A DNA stretch of 64,000 nucleotides from NCBI GenBank assembly GCA_033442325.1, contig JAWQFM010000005.1, positions 2,138,313-2,202,312 on the forward strand, in the 5' to 3' direction. The notes under the pieces were generated by a model. The model was not told where the DNA came from. It was given only the letters and a program-made list of their open reading frames with translations, and ran no database searches. Below, piece after piece: positions 60,420-64,000 of the stretch (position 1 is its first letter; each line of letters starts with the position of its first letter). Source of the DNA: Salpingoeca rosetta. Taxonomy: Eukaryota; Protista; Choanoflagellata. Made by a program: the position numbers and the translations under genes.

Positions 60420-63160
60420 CTAGCTACAGAGGGGCTTGAAGCCAAAGGACTCGCCGCGATCGTGCGCGGCCTTGAGCTGCAGCGAACCGGAGACGAGCAG
60501 CATGATGGCTGCAAGGCCAATCACAAACCCCAGGATAAACGCAATCACAGAGGAGTTGCCCGTGCGCCGCACATACGAGTGGAGCAGGATCTGCCCAACA
60601 ACAGAGGCGGCCGCAGCCAGGAGGAAGAGGGCAATGCCATAGTCGTAGGGCACGCGGTTGAGGATGACAAACTGGGTGAACGAGCCCGCAGAGGTGAAGA
60701 GCGTCATGTATGCCGTGGTCGCCGAGCTCACCTGTTTGTGGTGGACACAAGCAGCTGTGGTGAGCCCTGTCATCAAAGGGAAATGGAATGCACGCAGAGC
60801 CAGCAGGCTGGCCAACAGAGATGCAGGCAGACGACTGGATAGACTTACAGATACGCACTGCCACCTGGACAGACAGACTGACTGACTGACTGACACACAC
60901 ACTTACATACAAGGACACACAGGCGTACACACGCGCGCAAGTGCAGAGCATAACAGCGACAAAGGCTCGCTGACACCACCAGCATCAACATGTCGCAGGC
61001 CACTCACGAGCGGGTGCATGTTGAATTGGAGGAGAAGAGGAGCGAGGACCATGCCGCCGCCAATGCCGAGGAAGCCAGCAAGCATACCGGCAACAAGGGC
61101 TGGAGGTGCGCAGTGGACGGCAGCAGTGTGAGAAGCACGAACATACGCCCTTGCGTGCGTCTGGGGCAGGAAAAACCACGTCACATACACACATACAGAT
61201 ACACATACAGACAGACGCACACACACACACACGCACAGAGCACACAAACAGGCGGACACACGCACACAGACACACATGCACACACATGCACACGCCACAG
61301 AGCACACAAACAGAAACACACACACACGTACACCAGTACGAACATACCAAAGAAGAGGTACTTGGCGACGCCGCCACCAATGTAGTCAATGTCGCCTTCC
61401 ACAAAGGTGTAGTTGACAGCAAGCCGTCGCTCGTGGTGGCGCTTCACATACAGATACCCGCCAAACGTGCACAGCAGGAGGAAGCAAAACGTGGACACCT
61501 GCACGCCCCAGTACGCGCCATCACCGCACATGATGCCGGCGAGGGAGGTTCCCGAACCACCGCGAATCATGGAGAACACAATCACGCCGCCAAGTTCAAA
61601 CAGGGTGATGAGCATCGGCGTCCACGGGATTGCGGCCTCTTCCTTCAGCAGCTTCTCCCGCGCCTCCTGCAGGCGCTGCTTGTCTGCCGTGCTCGAGCTC
61701 ATGCCCTTCATCTCCACGCGCTCCATGCTGTCGTCGCTGTCGTTCCTGCGGCGGTTGTGCGCGCCATTGTCGTCAGCATCGTCGGCTGGGCCAGAGTAGT
61801 CCACCACCAGCACCTCCCCGCCGCTCAAGCTGCTCCTGCTGCGCCGCTGGGACTGCCGCTGCCGGCTGGTGGTGCTGCTGCTGCTGGTGCTGCGCGACAT
61901 GCCTCCCTTCTTGGTGTCTTGGCTGGCGGCAGCAGTTGTGTCGGGGCCACCGTTGCTTGCTGCGTTGCCATCACTGCTGGACCCGAGGGCGTCACGCTTC
62001 GCGTCCTCGCCCACTGTGTCGATGGTCTCCGTGGTGCCTGAGTCCTCCTCGCCGTTGACGCTGTTTGGATCGTTGATGCCGTGCTTGACAATGGAGCGGC
62101 GTGGCAGCGCCCGCGCCTCCTGCTCCTGCCGCCGCAGCTCACGGCCTTTGACAAGCGTCTTGAATGTCGTGAAGACAAGCACGATGATGACAACAACCAG
62201 CACGAGCCAGTCCGGGGATACGGTGTTGAAGATGACACCCACGACGGTGCCGGCGAGGGCGAGCGGCAGCAGCATGAGGATGGTGTCAAAGTCGATGACG
62301 CGGCGGTGTTGCGCGCCGGGCAGCGGGTGCCGCCTGCGGATCTGGAAGAAAAACTGCACAATGGAGGCGCCGACAATGGCTGTGGACGACAGCGGGACGG
62401 CGTAGTATGGCGGGAAGAGGGTGATGACGCTGAGGATGGGGATGATGAGACCGCCACCGCCAATGCCGCCGGCACTGGACATGCCCAGGAACACAAACAG
62501 GACAATCAGCGTGCCCACGTCCTGGCCCACGCCCGTCGAGCTGAACAGGTCCACGTGGTCGCACTGAAAGTCTGCGTGCGAGCGAACGCGGTTGTTGGGT
62601 TGGCATGCAGTAAGTGAGTGAGAGAGTGAGTGAGAGTGCGAGTGAGTGAGTGAGTGAGTGAGTGTGCACCTATGTGTCAAGATGTGTGTCCGAGTGTCTA
62701 TGCAACGTGACACACACACACACACACACACAGAGCGACGGGGGAGGCACACTTGAGATGCCTTCTCCTGTACGTTTACCTGTTGTGTTGGTTGCCAAGT
62801 CCACGTCGCGGTTGCACAAGTACATTGGCGACGAGCAGTCATCGGGGCACCCTCCGGACGGACAGGTGTAGTTGTGTGTTTTCTGCGGGCGCAACACAAA
62901 CATGCACACAGAGAGGTTGAGAGGGAAGCGCGGCATGCGTGCGAGGTGGCGGAAGACTTAGGAACAGGAATAGGATTGCGACGAGGTGGAGGACGAGTGA
63001 GCATTTACGCAGAGGACTGGGGTGGGGGGATCAGTGCAATCGCCACAACAAACACACAGTGGCTTACGCAAAGGTTGCCGCTTGTGCCTTGCACTAGTGG
63101 CAGCAGCATCATGATGATGAGGCTGGCGCAGGTCGCCAAGGACAGCAATGACGGCGCCAT
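60420..63160 (-). CDS. TauE/SafE (TSUP) sulfite-exporter family membrane protein with signal peptide and Cys-rich N-terminus
   Basis: MAPSLLSLATCASLIIMMLLPLVQG signal. Duplicated glycine motifs AGGIGGGGLIIPIL and AGFLGIGGGMVLAPLL. IDFDTILMLLPLALAGT and VSSATTAYMTLFTS; ends KPLCS*. Confidence 0.88.
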
Positions 63161-64000
63161 TGTCTCTGATCAGTGGAACACTGTGCTTTTGTGTGTGCGT
63201 GTGTGTCCTGGGGGAGGGATACTGCTTGAGACGGCAGGCATTCATCATTGGAAACCAGAGAGACAAACGTGAGTTCCAAAGGCAATTGTTACGCAGTGGA
63301 AGAGAGAGAAAGAGAAAATGCGTTGTCACACACATACGACGAGCCGTGTCACATCACGGAGTTTGCGAACCAGCTCTCGTGTTCGTGTGTGCGTGCGTGC
63401 GTGCGTGTGTGTGTGTGTGTGTGCATGTGTGTGTCTTGTTGTGTTCGGGATGGGTGGCCACACGCATGCGTGGCTGGGTTGCGTCACCACCACCACCAGC
63501 ACCACCACCACCACCAGCACCACCACCAGCAGTAGCAGAAGCACCACAACCAACCAAGCACGTGTGTTGTTTACATTATTCAACCAACAACAAGCACACG
63601 CTTGCACCTCCACCTCCATGCCATGTCTCACCTTTTCCTCGATGGATGTGCCTTGTTGATTACATGCGTTGTCGAGGGGGAGATGAGGGGAAAACTGCAC
63701 TTGTTGCCACAGCGCAGCACCATGCGTGAGCTGGCGAGCGATCTCTCCAGGCAAAACCCAACACGCTGACGACTCCACTTGTCTTCTCTCTCGTTCGGCT
63801 GCTGCTGCGGCTTTGTTGCTTTCTTCGCTCTCCTGCCCTCCTGCGAATGCGCACCAACCAACCAGCCACAACCAGCCAGCCAGCCATGCTTCTTCTTGCT
63901 TGTGCCTGCGAGGTTTGGAGTTTCTTCGTCCAGTCAGGGTTTGCTGCTGCGGCCCCGAACGCTGCAACTGCGTGAAACTGAATTCAGTGCACAGGTGTGA

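Overview
Eukaryotic, intron-rich, microsatellite-laden genomic DNA, with GC-rich exons and (GT)n/(CA)n-filled GT-AG introns. It is most consistent with a choanoflagellate, very likely Salpingoeca rosetta. Most entries in the ORF track are microsatellite or antisense artefacts; I reconstructed about 16 spliced genes by hand. The standout is an enzyme rhodopsin at 1459-3792 (minus strand, 704 aa, 2 exons): a type-1 microbial rhodopsin with an extra N-terminal helix fused to a class I cyclic-nucleotide phosphodiesterase, i.e. a light-regulated PDE (Rh-PDE/RhoPDE). From memory it matches the described S. rosetta protein. Other recognisable genes: 3-hydroxyacyl-CoA dehydrogenase (3' end), SPEF1, SNRNP40, DIMT1, two-domain glyoxalase I, GNL3/nucleostemin-type GTPase, PSTK, a TauE/SafE transporter and a fibrinogen-related-domain protein. 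Less explained genes: a GNAT-like + PlsC acyltransferase fusion (candidate bifunctional aminolipid synthase), a PH-like/SAM-like/multi-TM protein head-to-head with Rh-PDE, and a ~3500-aa C1 + degenerate RhoGAP protein. A recurrent palindrome (ACTGAWWTCAGT) marks several likely promoters. Exon boundaries were read manually and need RNA-seq confirmation.
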